DNA from: a virus
Taxonomy: Duplodnaviria > Caudoviricetes
Virus record (IMG/VR): IMGVR_UViG_3300042291_000512
Location: 1 to 55,213 of that record
Direction: 5' to 3' (one strand)
DNA length: 55,213 bases
Shown here: positions 41,201 to 49,357 of the stretch, piece after piece
How the letters are laid out: each line of letters opens with the position of its first letter
Position numbering within the stretch: the first letter of the stretch is position 1
Made by a program: the position numbers and the translations under genes
The notes under the pieces: model-generated
The model's input: the letters and a program-made list of their open reading frames with translations, nothing else
Databases searched by the model: none
What the model was told of the DNA's origin: nothing

Positions 41201-41348
41201 AGAATTACAAAGATTAAATGCTTTGGGTGGATTCGAAAAGATTGTACCAAATGAGGGTATTGTATTTGTCTATGGAGGTAACACTTACAAATTAACAGGC
41301 GCATTCGCACCCCTAAATCAAATTTTAGGTATTTTCTTTGATAAATAA
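38295..41348 (+). CDS. multidomain protein: HIGH nucleotidyltransferase, small modules (including DUF5661-like) and RNA-ligase-like domain
   Basis: GRFQPFHKGH and ISGTDVR; GIRVEMEH...IAMDHL...YYQKL; EKTDG, EGIVF and YKLTG ligase motifs. Confidence 0.75.
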   Translation: MNELSNFLRETILGEAAQMDKVVVVYSGRFQPFHKGHYATYDNLVRKFGKDSVYIGTSNVTDSKKSPFNFKEKKVIMTTMFGIPSNKIVNIKNPYAPEEILKKYESDTTGLIVVVGEKDENRLSGKYFTPYKGKVEKGYLDKGYVYASPAQSNPISGTDVRYWLSAGSSDDRKKNFTKAYPKFDSQIFKLITLKLKSLKECINEEIKLNVKIGDTILMGRFKNKKVVVKTIGTDDWGMPTINGKKVATFRIPKKENLKEINLGGYGADPGEPDTGYIPDGKARILNTTKPEPWFNQGGYTQLHTPKADDMRGKGKSKDTETQFRKAYYKVKNVTQSTLNPADDPHKVEDWEETNRDTPLEKPKRFWELPDNQKNTIISKEDIKEIVEDFDSILDEMGLPGGAGVGLSLPGGYINGAPKADDVKKVSKKLNNKGISGYEEIDEDKIPGGLANGKTLIDLANKWDSKGYYEPKQFAAEYIKPKLINGIRVEMEHTSDIRYAAEIAMDHLWEDLNYYQKLSSIEGDSIAEASGNGAFYNDGNATTGTQWNGTWDDYDKQKYYLDNLEGWDFFDEIPSKREKKKAVDQKLPIDNHKDTTDNYNRILKHDLKSPIDFLKESLLTEGGAYGHMNHPFDIEMNLTFGDLKQIVVRALNGDLELAREKTDGQALAVSWVNGRLVAARNKSHLKNKGTGAMTIGQVADKFAGRGGLTDAYNFAMKDLSAAIAALSEPQRKKVFKDGSSFMNLEVIYPTSVNVIPYNQPLLVFHGTFDYDMDGTIVGENQQAASILGGMIKQVNAHVQSKYTIQGPPINKLPKSEHLSKLQGKYLGMITKLQNEFKLADSDGVADYHQSWWTDFVEKKAKKLDYQQKIGLIKRWAFGDKGFRIAEITDDKLRAWAEQTDKQDQQKISKQNLMRFEEIFLGVGADVLSFMESVLTANPDSAKRQMVARLETTISQVKASGDPKKIAKLKLELQRLNALGGFEKIVPNEGIVFVYGGNTYKLTGAFAPLNQILGIFFDK

Positions 41349-41399
41349 TCGTTTTCTTTATTTTGATATACTTATATATACAAATATATCGTAAGTAAT

Positions 41400-42083
41400 A
41401 TGGCAAGAGAATTCAATAAAAAATTCATGCATCCAACTAGACGAAAGTTGGTAGATATGGTAATGCATGGGGCTGAATATGAAAAGGAATCATTTATTTC
41501 ATTTTCTGGAGCAGATAAAGAAAAGGTAAAAAGAACAATTGGTGAAAAATGGACCGATACCGATGGTAGGTCTTGGGAACAATTGGAAGCTGGTAAAATA
41601 GAAACATCCGAATTGGGTGATACTATGGCTGAAGTTAGAGCGTATTTAGATTCATTGAATACTTGTAAATCTGATAATTGCAAAACAATAAAAGTAGGTA
41701 GAGTTGATAAAAAATTAATATCTAAAACTGGATATTGTTTACACTGTCTTACATTAAGAGAATCTCAAATTAAAGTAGATGGATTGTGGAAAGAATATGA
41801 AGATTATAAAATGTATTCTAATATGATTGCACATGGTAAAGATGTAATTGCACAATTTCAACAAGCGTATGATGATGCAAAACAAACTTATGAAGTAGTT
41901 CAAGAAGATGGTAAAATTGAAACTTGGAGTATGGAAAGAGATGTTAATGAATTGAAAGCAGAAATAATGACGGATATTGTTAATTTTGAAAAAGAAATAG
42001 AACTAGTTACAAAATTAAGAAATGAGGCTTACACAAAATTAAAAGATAAAAATTACGATTTAGTAAGACCACTTAAAGATTAA
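41400..42083 (+). CDS. hypothetical protein upstream of terminase, possible Zn-binding
   Basis: CKSDNC...CLHC; ends 1 nt before terL. Confidence 0.65.
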   Translation: MAREFNKKFMHPTRRKLVDMVMHGAEYEKESFISFSGADKEKVKRTIGEKWTDTDGRSWEQLEAGKIETSELGDTMAEVRAYLDSLNTCKSDNCKTIKVGRVDKKLISKTGYCLHCLTLRESQIKVDGLWKEYEDYKMYSNMIAHGKDVIAQFQQAYDDAKQTYEVVQEDGKIETWSMERDVNELKAEIMTDIVNFEKEIELVTKLRNEAYTKLKDKNYDLVRPLKD

Positions 42084-42084
42084 T

Positions 42085-43680
42085 ATGAGTACTGGTATAA
42101 CACAAAAAAAATCGTTAAAAGAGATTATTGCAGAAGAGTACAAAAAATGTGCGGTAGACCCGATACATTTTATGAAAAAGTATTGTATGATTCAGCATCC
42201 TGTTAGGGGTAAGATACCTTTTCAATTATTTCCATTTCAGGAAAAAACTTTAACTCAATTTAAAGATAATAGATTTAACGTAGTTCTAAAATCACGTCAA
42301 ACTGGCATATCAACACTTTGTGCTGGATTTTCACTTTGGAAAATGATATTCAATACGGATTTTAATGTGTTGGTAATTGCAACAAAACAGGAGGTAGCAA
42401 AGAACTTAGTAACTAAAGTAAGAGTAATGCATGATTTACTCCCAACATGGCTTAAGGGAGGTTCTATGGAAGATAACAAGCTTTCCCTTCGTTTGCAAAA
42501 TGGTTCTCAAATTAAGGCTATTGCTTCTTCTCCTGATGCAGGACGTTCTGAAGCCTTATCACTTCTTATATTTGATGAGGCCGCTTTCATTGATGATATT
42601 GATGAGATTTGGGTATCAGCACAATCTACCCTTTCAACGGGTGGTAGTTGTATTGCACTATCTACTCCTAATGGTGTGGGTAATTGGTTTCACCAAACTT
42701 GGTTAGGAGCTGAGGAAAGTAGAAACCCATTCAATACAATCAGATTACATTGGACAGTGCATCCGGAAAGAGACCAGAAATGGAGAGATGAGCAAGAAAA
42801 ACTATTAGGTGTAAAGAAAGCAGCACAAGAATGTGATTGTGATTTTGTATCTTCTGGTGAAACTGTAGTTGAACCCGAAACCCTAATGTTTTATAAAGAA
42901 ACATATATTCAAGACCCAATAGAGAAAGGTGGATTTGATGGAAATCTTTGGAAATGGGAACATCCCGATTATTCTAAATCCTATATGGTAGTAGCCGATG
43001 TGGCCAGAGGTGATGGAGCAGATTATTCTACTTGTCATGTAATTGATATAGTTAATTCGGTTCAAGTAGCTGAATACAAAGGTAAAGTTGATACAAAAGA
43101 TTTTGGAAACTTCTTAGTAGCACTTTCAACTGAATATAACGATGCACTTCTTGTAATAGAGAATGCAAACATTGGTTGGGCAACAATCCAGCAAGTAATT
43201 GATAGAGATTATAAAAACTTATTCTATATGAGTAAGGATTTGAAATACATTGACGTAGAGAATCAGATGACAAATAGATATAGAGCAGAGGATAAAGGAT
43301 TGGTAGCTGGTTTTTCAACTACTTCTAAAACTAGACCTTTAATCATATCTAAACTAACTGATTACTTTAGAGAGAAATCAATTATAATTCGTTCTAATCG
43401 TTTGATAGATGAACTATTTACATTTATTTATATGAATGGTAGAGCAGAAGCTATGAAGGGTTATAATGATGACTTAGTTATGGCTATATCAATTGGGTTA
43501 TGGGTTAGAGATACGGCACTTCGTTTAAGACAAGAAGGTATAGATTTAACCAAACAAGCGGTAAGTGGTATCACATCAAATACATCTCAAGGAATTTATG
43601 GTGGTAATGATACTATGAATGATAACCCTTGGAAAATGAGAGTTGGTGATGGATTTGAAGATTTATCACAATGGTTGTAG
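42085..43680 (+). CDS. terL: terminase large subunit (T4 gp17-like)
   Basis: LFPFQ, KSRQTGIST, LIFDEAAF, STPNG, DVARGDGADYS and NDDLVMA. Confidence 0.96.
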   Translation: MSTGITQKKSLKEIIAEEYKKCAVDPIHFMKKYCMIQHPVRGKIPFQLFPFQEKTLTQFKDNRFNVVLKSRQTGISTLCAGFSLWKMIFNTDFNVLVIATKQEVAKNLVTKVRVMHDLLPTWLKGGSMEDNKLSLRLQNGSQIKAIASSPDAGRSEALSLLIFDEAAFIDDIDEIWVSAQSTLSTGGSCIALSTPNGVGNWFHQTWLGAEESRNPFNTIRLHWTVHPERDQKWRDEQEKLLGVKKAAQECDCDFVSSGETVVEPETLMFYKETYIQDPIEKGGFDGNLWKWEHPDYSKSYMVVADVARGDGADYSTCHVIDIVNSVQVAEYKGKVDTKDFGNFLVALSTEYNDALLVIENANIGWATIQQVIDRDYKNLFYMSKDLKYIDVENQMTNRYRAEDKGLVAGFSTTSKTRPLIISKLTDYFREKSIIIRSNRLIDELFTFIYMNGRAEAMKGYNDDLVMAISIGLWVRDTALRLRQEGIDLTKQAVSGITSNTSQGIYGGNDTMNDNPWKMRVGDGFEDLSQWL

Positions 43681-43744
43681 TGTTTTGACATTTTACGATA
43701 TTTATGTTATAGAATGTCAAAATAGAAAACTGATAAAATAAATT

Positions 43745-45526
43745 ATGGCAGAACAAGAATTAGATGATAGTAAAAGTTTTTTTGGTAGACTAAAGAAATT
43801 ATTTTCAACAAATGCTATTGTTACCGTTGATAAAGACGGTAAGCGTAGAGTTGTTGATACGGATGAAAAACAAATGAATACAAATTTTGTAAATCTTAGA
43901 GATAGATATACAAAATTACAAAGGTCATACTACGAAACAAATCAGGGTGCACAATCAATGGCATACCATCAGGTTCGTAGAGAGTTATTCAGAGATTATG
44001 ATGCTATGGATAACGACCCTATTATCGCATCGGCATTAGATATCTATTCAGATGAATCTACAACAAAGAATGAATATGGTGATATATTAACAATCAAATC
44101 ATCAAATGAAAATGTAAGTGCAATACTACATAACTTATTTTATGATATTATAAACATAGAATTTAACCTTTGGCCTTGGACTAGAAACTTAGTAAAATAT
44201 GGTGATTTCTTTTTAGCATTAGAAATGGCAGAAGGTAAGGGTATTATTAATGTAACTCCATACTCTGTATATAATACGGAAAGATTGGAAGGTACTGACC
44301 CAATGAATCAAAACTATGTTAAGTTTAAAGTTGAATTAGACAGATTTGGTAAAAAGGAATATGAGAACTATGAAATGGCTCACTTCCGTTTACTTTCGGA
44401 TACAAACTTCCTACCATATGGTAAGGCTATGATTGAAAACGGCCGTAGAGTTTGGAAACAATTACAATTAATGGAAGATGCGATGTTAATCCATCGTATT
44501 ATGAGAGCTCCTGAAAAGAGAATATTCAAAATTGATATTGGTAACATCAACCCTAATGAAGTTGATAACTATATGCAAAAGATTATCAACAAAATGAAGA
44601 AAACTCCATTCGTTGATAAAAATACAGGAGATTACAACTTAAAATACAATATTCAAAACCTTACTGAAGATTTCTTCTTACCCGTTAGAGGTGGAGATAG
44701 TGGTACTGCTATTGAAAACTTAGCTGGATTAGAATATTCGGCAGTAGAGGATATTGATTATTTAAAAGCTAAATTATTTGCAGCACTTAAAATACCTAAA
44801 GCATTTTTAGGATATGAGGAAGATGTGAATGGTAAAGCAACTTTAGCAGCACAAGATGTTCGTTTTGCTAGAACAATCGAAAGAATTCAAAGAACAATTG
44901 TTAGTGAATTATATAAGGTAGCAATTGTACACTTAGCTGGACAAGGTATTGATGATTCTGAAATGACAAACTTCCAACTTACTTTAACCAACGCTTCTAC
45001 AATATATGAGCAAGAGAAAGTAAATCTTTGGAGTGAGAAAGTTAGATTAGCAACTGATATGAAAGGGTTGAATATGTTATCTACTGATTGGGTTTACCAT
45101 AATGTATTTGGTATGAGTGAAGATGAGATGGACATGGAAAGAGCTAAGATGGTATTAGACCTTAAAGATAGATTCAGATATAACTCAATTGAACAACAAG
45201 GACAAGACCCAGCAAATCCACCAGAACAACAAAACGTAGAAGAAGAAATCCAAAAGATGAAGCAGGAGATTGTTGATAATAAAGGTGGTAGACCAAGAGA
45301 AGGAAATACATATGGTAAAGATAAGCATCCATATGGTAGAGACCCACTGGGTAATAAAGAAAACGAGAAAGAAAGAAAAAGAGAAACTCGTACAAACGAA
45401 TCAAACAAGAAAATAGCACGTGAATATATTAATGGACTTTCGGCAAAAAAGAAGATTTTAAGTGAAAAAACACAAAAATCTGACCTTTTAGATGAAAATA
45501 ATCTATTAGATGACACCAAATTTTAA
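43745..45526 (+). CDS. g20: portal protein (T4 gp20-like)
   Basis: MEDAMLIHRIMRAPEKRIFKIDIGN, EDFFLPVRG and ALKIPK. Confidence 0.96.
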   Translation: MAEQELDDSKSFFGRLKKLFSTNAIVTVDKDGKRRVVDTDEKQMNTNFVNLRDRYTKLQRSYYETNQGAQSMAYHQVRRELFRDYDAMDNDPIIASALDIYSDESTTKNEYGDILTIKSSNENVSAILHNLFYDIINIEFNLWPWTRNLVKYGDFFLALEMAEGKGIINVTPYSVYNTERLEGTDPMNQNYVKFKVELDRFGKKEYENYEMAHFRLLSDTNFLPYGKAMIENGRRVWKQLQLMEDAMLIHRIMRAPEKRIFKIDIGNINPNEVDNYMQKIINKMKKTPFVDKNTGDYNLKYNIQNLTEDFFLPVRGGDSGTAIENLAGLEYSAVEDIDYLKAKLFAALKIPKAFLGYEEDVNGKATLAAQDVRFARTIERIQRTIVSELYKVAIVHLAGQGIDDSEMTNFQLTLTNASTIYEQEKVNLWSEKVRLATDMKGLNMLSTDWVYHNVFGMSEDEMDMERAKMVLDLKDRFRYNSIEQQGQDPANPPEQQNVEEEIQKMKQEIVDNKGGRPREGNTYGKDKHPYGRDPLGNKENEKERKRETRTNESNKKIAREYINGLSAKKKILSEKTQKSDLLDENNLLDDTKF

Positions 45527-45595
45527 TAAACATTAAAAAGTTTATATTTATATGTGTTAGTTTATGGACAATAGGTTAAATTATAGGGTAAATAA

Positions 45596-46474
45596 ATGAA
45601 AAAAATAAAACATTCCAAAGTTAAGAACACTGGAGTGTTATTTGAATTATTAGTAAGACAAATAACATTAGAAGTTCTTAATGGGGACAAAACGGAGAAC
45701 GCAAAACATATAGTAAAGGAATTCTTTGCAGCTGGGACTGAATTAAATAAAGAATTACGCCTTTACGATTTGTTATTAAAAGAAAAATACAATTCGGAAT
45801 CAAAAGCCGAAATGTTTGTTGATACTGTATCACAGGCTCATAGTAAATTAAATGAGACTAAACTTGTAAAAGAGAAGTATAATCTTATTAAACAAATTAA
45901 TGAAAAGTTTGAATTAGAGCAATTTCTATCTTCTCCTATAACTAACTATAAAGTATTAGCTTCAATATATAAAGTATTTGAATCTAAGAAGTCCGAAAAC
46001 TACGATATTAAGGATATATTCAATTCAAAGATTACATTGATTGAAAATATCATCTCAAGACCAACCGTAGTTAAAGCTAACAAAACGGATGATACTAAAT
46101 TGATTGAAACCTACAAAAAACAAGATAAAGACCTACGATTATTAACCTATAAGATTCTTGTTGAGACTTTCAATAAAAAATACACAAATTTAGATGAAAA
46201 ACAAAAGGGATTGTTAAAAGAATATATTAATAACATGTCTAATACATCTAAATTTAAAGATTATTTAGCGGTAGAACTTCCACAGATTGTGAAAGAACTA
46301 AAATCCATCAAGTCTAAAATATCAGATAAAGTAACTACAATTAAATTGGCAGAAACTATTTCTGTTTTAGAAAAAATGAAAATTGGTAAAACTGTAACTG
46401 ATAATAATGTTTCATCTATCATGCTTTCTTATGAGTTAATCAAAGAATTAAAATCAAAGGTAAATGTCAAATAG
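45596..46474 (+). CDS. helical head-region protein
   Basis: 292 aa between portal and protease, with upstream ATATTTATA motif. Confidence 0.65.
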   Translation: MKKIKHSKVKNTGVLFELLVRQITLEVLNGDKTENAKHIVKEFFAAGTELNKELRLYDLLLKEKYNSESKAEMFVDTVSQAHSKLNETKLVKEKYNLIKQINEKFELEQFLSSPITNYKVLASIYKVFESKKSENYDIKDIFNSKITLIENIISRPTVVKANKTDDTKLIETYKKQDKDLRLLTYKILVETFNKKYTNLDEKQKGLLKEYINNMSNTSKFKDYLAVELPQIVKELKSIKSKISDKVTTIKLAETISVLEKMKIGKTVTDNNVSSIMLSYELIKELKSKVNVK

Positions 46475-47051
46475 ACTAAAAGAAATAATCAGAGGTATAG
46501 TTAAAGAAATCCAAGACGAAAAGGAATTGGAAGAAATGACTGGAACTGGTGCAGTTGCTGGATACGATACTCCAAACGCATTCGCTAAACCTGGTCAAAC
46601 TGGAAAGAAAAATAAAAGATTGGCAAATATAACTGGTGGTGAAGTTGTAGATGATTTAGAAGAAGCTAAGGATTGGTTGAAAAACGATGTTCCTGCTAAC
46701 TCTAAAAACGCATTAACAATAAAACCAACTGCAACTGATTGTAGTGATTCTGGTGAAATTGCAGATAAAAGTGGTATGATATTAGCATCGGCTGATGATG
46801 AAGCTAGTTTAAATGAAAATCGTTGGTTAGAAATTAAAAACGGAGATTCTTCACCTAAAGCTAAAATGAGTAAAGGTATGACGAGTATCAAACATCAATT
46901 GGGTGAAGTAGAAAAGTTTGTTAATTGGTACTCTAAGATTAAAAACGAAAATGGAGTTAAGAGGGATGATTACTATAAAAGAACACATAAAAGTTTACAT
47001 AAAATAAAAGAGAGATTAATGAATCTTTCAGAAAAAATTAGAACACTATAA
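46464..47051 (+). CDS. putative internal head/core protein
   Basis: N-terminal RLKEIIRGIVKE; modules bounded by LEE/LNE. Confidence 0.6.
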   Translation: MSNRLKEIIRGIVKEIQDEKELEEMTGTGAVAGYDTPNAFAKPGQTGKKNKRLANITGGEVVDDLEEAKDWLKNDVPANSKNALTIKPTATDCSDSGEIADKSGMILASADDEASLNENRWLEIKNGDSSPKAKMSKGMTSIKHQLGEVEKFVNWYSKIKNENGVKRDDYYKRTHKSLHKIKERLMNLSEKIRTL

Positions 47052-47052
47052 T

Positions 47053-47553
47053 ATGAACACATCAATTACAAAATCAAGACTAAAAGAATTAGTTAAAGAA
47101 GTAATGACAGAAGAATCTGAATATCAGGCATTCTTTCAAAAAGCTTTAGATAAAGCAGGTAAAGATATTAATGCAATGTCAGACGAAGAAAAGAAATCTT
47201 TCTTTAATAAAATTGATTCTGCTTGGAATGGTAAGGGTGAGAAGAATGAAGAATTGGTTGGTGGTCAAAAAGAATTAGATGTTGATAAGGATGGTGATAT
47301 TGAAGGAGATGATTTAGCAGATTTAAGAGCAAGTAAAACCGAAGATATATCAGCTGAATTACCATCTGCAACTATCCCATCTGCTGTAAAAATAAAATTA
47401 GGGATGGCCATTGATAAAATTAAAGATGCTAAATTAAATAATAATGCAAAATTACAATTAGTTGCGCAAGTTATTGATAGTTTGGGTATAGATAAATCTC
47501 AATTAGGTACTATTGCTAATAAGATTAGAAGCAAAATGGAATCTAAAAAATAA
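47053..47553 (+). CDS. putative prohead core protein with DxDxDG loop
   Basis: ITKSRLKELVKEVMTE, YQAFFQKAL and LDVDKDGDIEGDDL; immediately upstream of the protease. Confidence 0.6.
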   Translation: MNTSITKSRLKELVKEVMTEESEYQAFFQKALDKAGKDINAMSDEEKKSFFNKIDSAWNGKGEKNEELVGGQKELDVDKDGDIEGDDLADLRASKTEDISAELPSATIPSAVKIKLGMAIDKIKDAKLNNNAKLQLVAQVIDSLGIDKSQLGTIANKIRSKMESKK

Positions 47554-47562
47554 GAATATAGA

Positions 47563-48159
47563 ATGAAGAATCTTTTAATAGAAACAAAATTATTCGAAGG
47601 TAAAGTACAAGAAGACGAAGGTGGAAGAACCATTGTTAAAGGTATTCTACAAAGAGCTGGTGCTGAAAATCAAAATGGAAGAATCTATCCTAGAGAAATC
47701 CTAATGAGAGAAGCTAAGAAGTATGAGGTATTCATCAAAGAGCGTAGAGCATTGGGTGAATTAGACCATCCGGATTCTACTGTAATTAACTTAAAGAATG
47801 TTTCTCACAATATTAGAGAGATTCATTGGGAAGGTGATGATTTATGTGGAACTGTTGAAGTACTTTCTACTCCATCTGGTAACATCTTAAAAGAATTATT
47901 AAAAGCAGGTATCCTATTGGGTATTTCATCTAGAGGAATGGGTTCTACTCGTAACTTATCTGGAAACAAAGTAGAGGTACAAGAAGATTTTGAATTGATT
48001 GGTTGGGATTTCGTATCTAACCCATCTACACACGGTGCATTTATGGTACCTGTAAACGAATCGGTTAATAGAGGTTTACAACAAATCGGAACTGATGTTT
48101 GCGGAGAATTCTGTAAAGCACAAGACTTAATGAGAGAAATAATAACTGAAATAGCATAA
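47563..48159 (+). CDS. g21: prohead protease (T4 gp21-like)
   Basis: NQNGRIYP, ALGELDHP, VSH, TPSG, GISSRGMGS and DFVSNPS. Confidence 0.96.
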   Translation: MKNLLIETKLFEGKVQEDEGGRTIVKGILQRAGAENQNGRIYPREILMREAKKYEVFIKERRALGELDHPDSTVINLKNVSHNIREIHWEGDDLCGTVEVLSTPSGNILKELLKAGILLGISSRGMGSTRNLSGNKVEVQEDFELIGWDFVSNPSTHGAFMVPVNESVNRGLQQIGTDVCGEFCKAQDLMREIITEIA

Positions 48160-48161
48160 TA

Positions 48162-48707
48162 ATGGCAAAGAACTTTGATATATACGATTTCGTACACAAC
48201 AATAAGATAACCTTAAAAGTTGATGCACCAAAAGGAACAACTGTAGCTAAGGCATACAATGATATCCGTAAAACTAACTTGAAAGAAGTAAAGATAGTAA
48301 ATGGTAAATTCAGTTTAGCTGAAAACTTAGAAGATAGAAAACTATCAAACGAAGTTAAAAAACACTTCTTAGAAATAATTTCTACTTATAATACTTTCCA
48401 AGACCAAATGAGAAGACAATCTGATTTGACTGAAGTTGCAAATACTTTAGGTGCTATTGTTGAGGCTGCAAAGGAAATGACATTAAGAGAGAGTGGTGAT
48501 TGGTTTGATGCAGTGACTGTAAAAAGAAATATGCAGGAATTAGATAAGTTAGGTAAATCATTTGATAAGTTCGCTGTTGAAGCAAACTCAATGGATGAAA
48601 GATTACATTCTTTATATGAAGATATGGGTCACATCTTAAATCGTTACTATGAAATCGCTGATATCTCTGTAGATACAATGAAAGAAAGATTAGGTAAAAA
48701 GAAATAA
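48162..48707 (+). CDS. head-region hypothetical protein
   Basis: 181-aa helical ORF within the head operon. Confidence 0.65.
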   Translation: MAKNFDIYDFVHNNKITLKVDAPKGTTVAKAYNDIRKTNLKEVKIVNGKFSLAENLEDRKLSNEVKKHFLEIISTYNTFQDQMRRQSDLTEVANTLGAIVEAAKEMTLRESGDWFDAVTVKRNMQELDKLGKSFDKFAVEANSMDERLHSLYEDMGHILNRYYEIADISVDTMKERLGKKK

Positions 48708-48709
48708 TT

Positions 48710-49294
48710 ATGATTCGTTTAGGTGGTTTAATATCTCAAAAAGCATTTGGTAAATTTGAAATGGGTAAAGTTGTTTCTAATCCATTTGCAAACGCATTCA
48801 TTAAAGAAGGTGAAGGTGAAGACCATGAAGTTTCTATGGCAAACAATTCATTGGATACCATTATTAAGATGGCAACTGAATTGAAAGCTAAAATGGGTGA
48901 GGATGAAAAACAAATCCCAGCTTGGATTCAAGACCATATAGCTAAAGCAGAAAACTTAATTTCTCAAGCATCTGGAAACTATCACGAATATGGTGATTCA
49001 AACGAAAATATTAACGAAGAACCTGTAAAATCAACTGGTGAAAAAATACAAAACCTTAATAATAGAATTAAGGCACTAAAAGATAAGATGGCAGCAACCA
49101 AATCATCTGAACAAAAAAACCTTATTCAACAAAGATTAAAAAACGCATTACAAACACTATCTAATTACAAAAAACAAAATATTAGTAAAGAAAGTGTGGT
49201 AAAAGAAGAATCACCTTGTTGGAAAGGATATCAACAAATTGGTATGAAAGATAAGGGTGGTAAGCAAGTTCCAAATTGTGTTCCAAATAAATAA
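48710..49294 (+). CDS. modular internal head protein
   Basis: Modules follow IKE, INE and VKE; ends with CWKGYQQIGMKDKGGKQVPNCVP. Confidence 0.65.
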   Translation: MIRLGGLISQKAFGKFEMGKVVSNPFANAFIKEGEGEDHEVSMANNSLDTIIKMATELKAKMGEDEKQIPAWIQDHIAKAENLISQASGNYHEYGDSNENINEEPVKSTGEKIQNLNNRIKALKDKMAATKSSEQKNLIQQRLKNALQTLSNYKKQNISKESVVKEESPCWKGYQQIGMKDKGGKQVPNCVPNK

Positions 49295-49317
49295 ATAAAT
49301 TCTAAATAAATATTCTT

Positions 49318-49354
49318 AAAAGCTTGGTTATTCCAAGCTTTTTTCGTATATTTA
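49318..49354 (+). terminator. terminator hairpin overlapping a Bacteroidota-type promoter
   Basis: AAAAGCTTGG-ttatt-CCAAGCTTTTTT; CTTG (49323-26), N20, TATATTTA (49347-54). Confidence 0.7.
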
Positions 49355-49357
49355 CAT

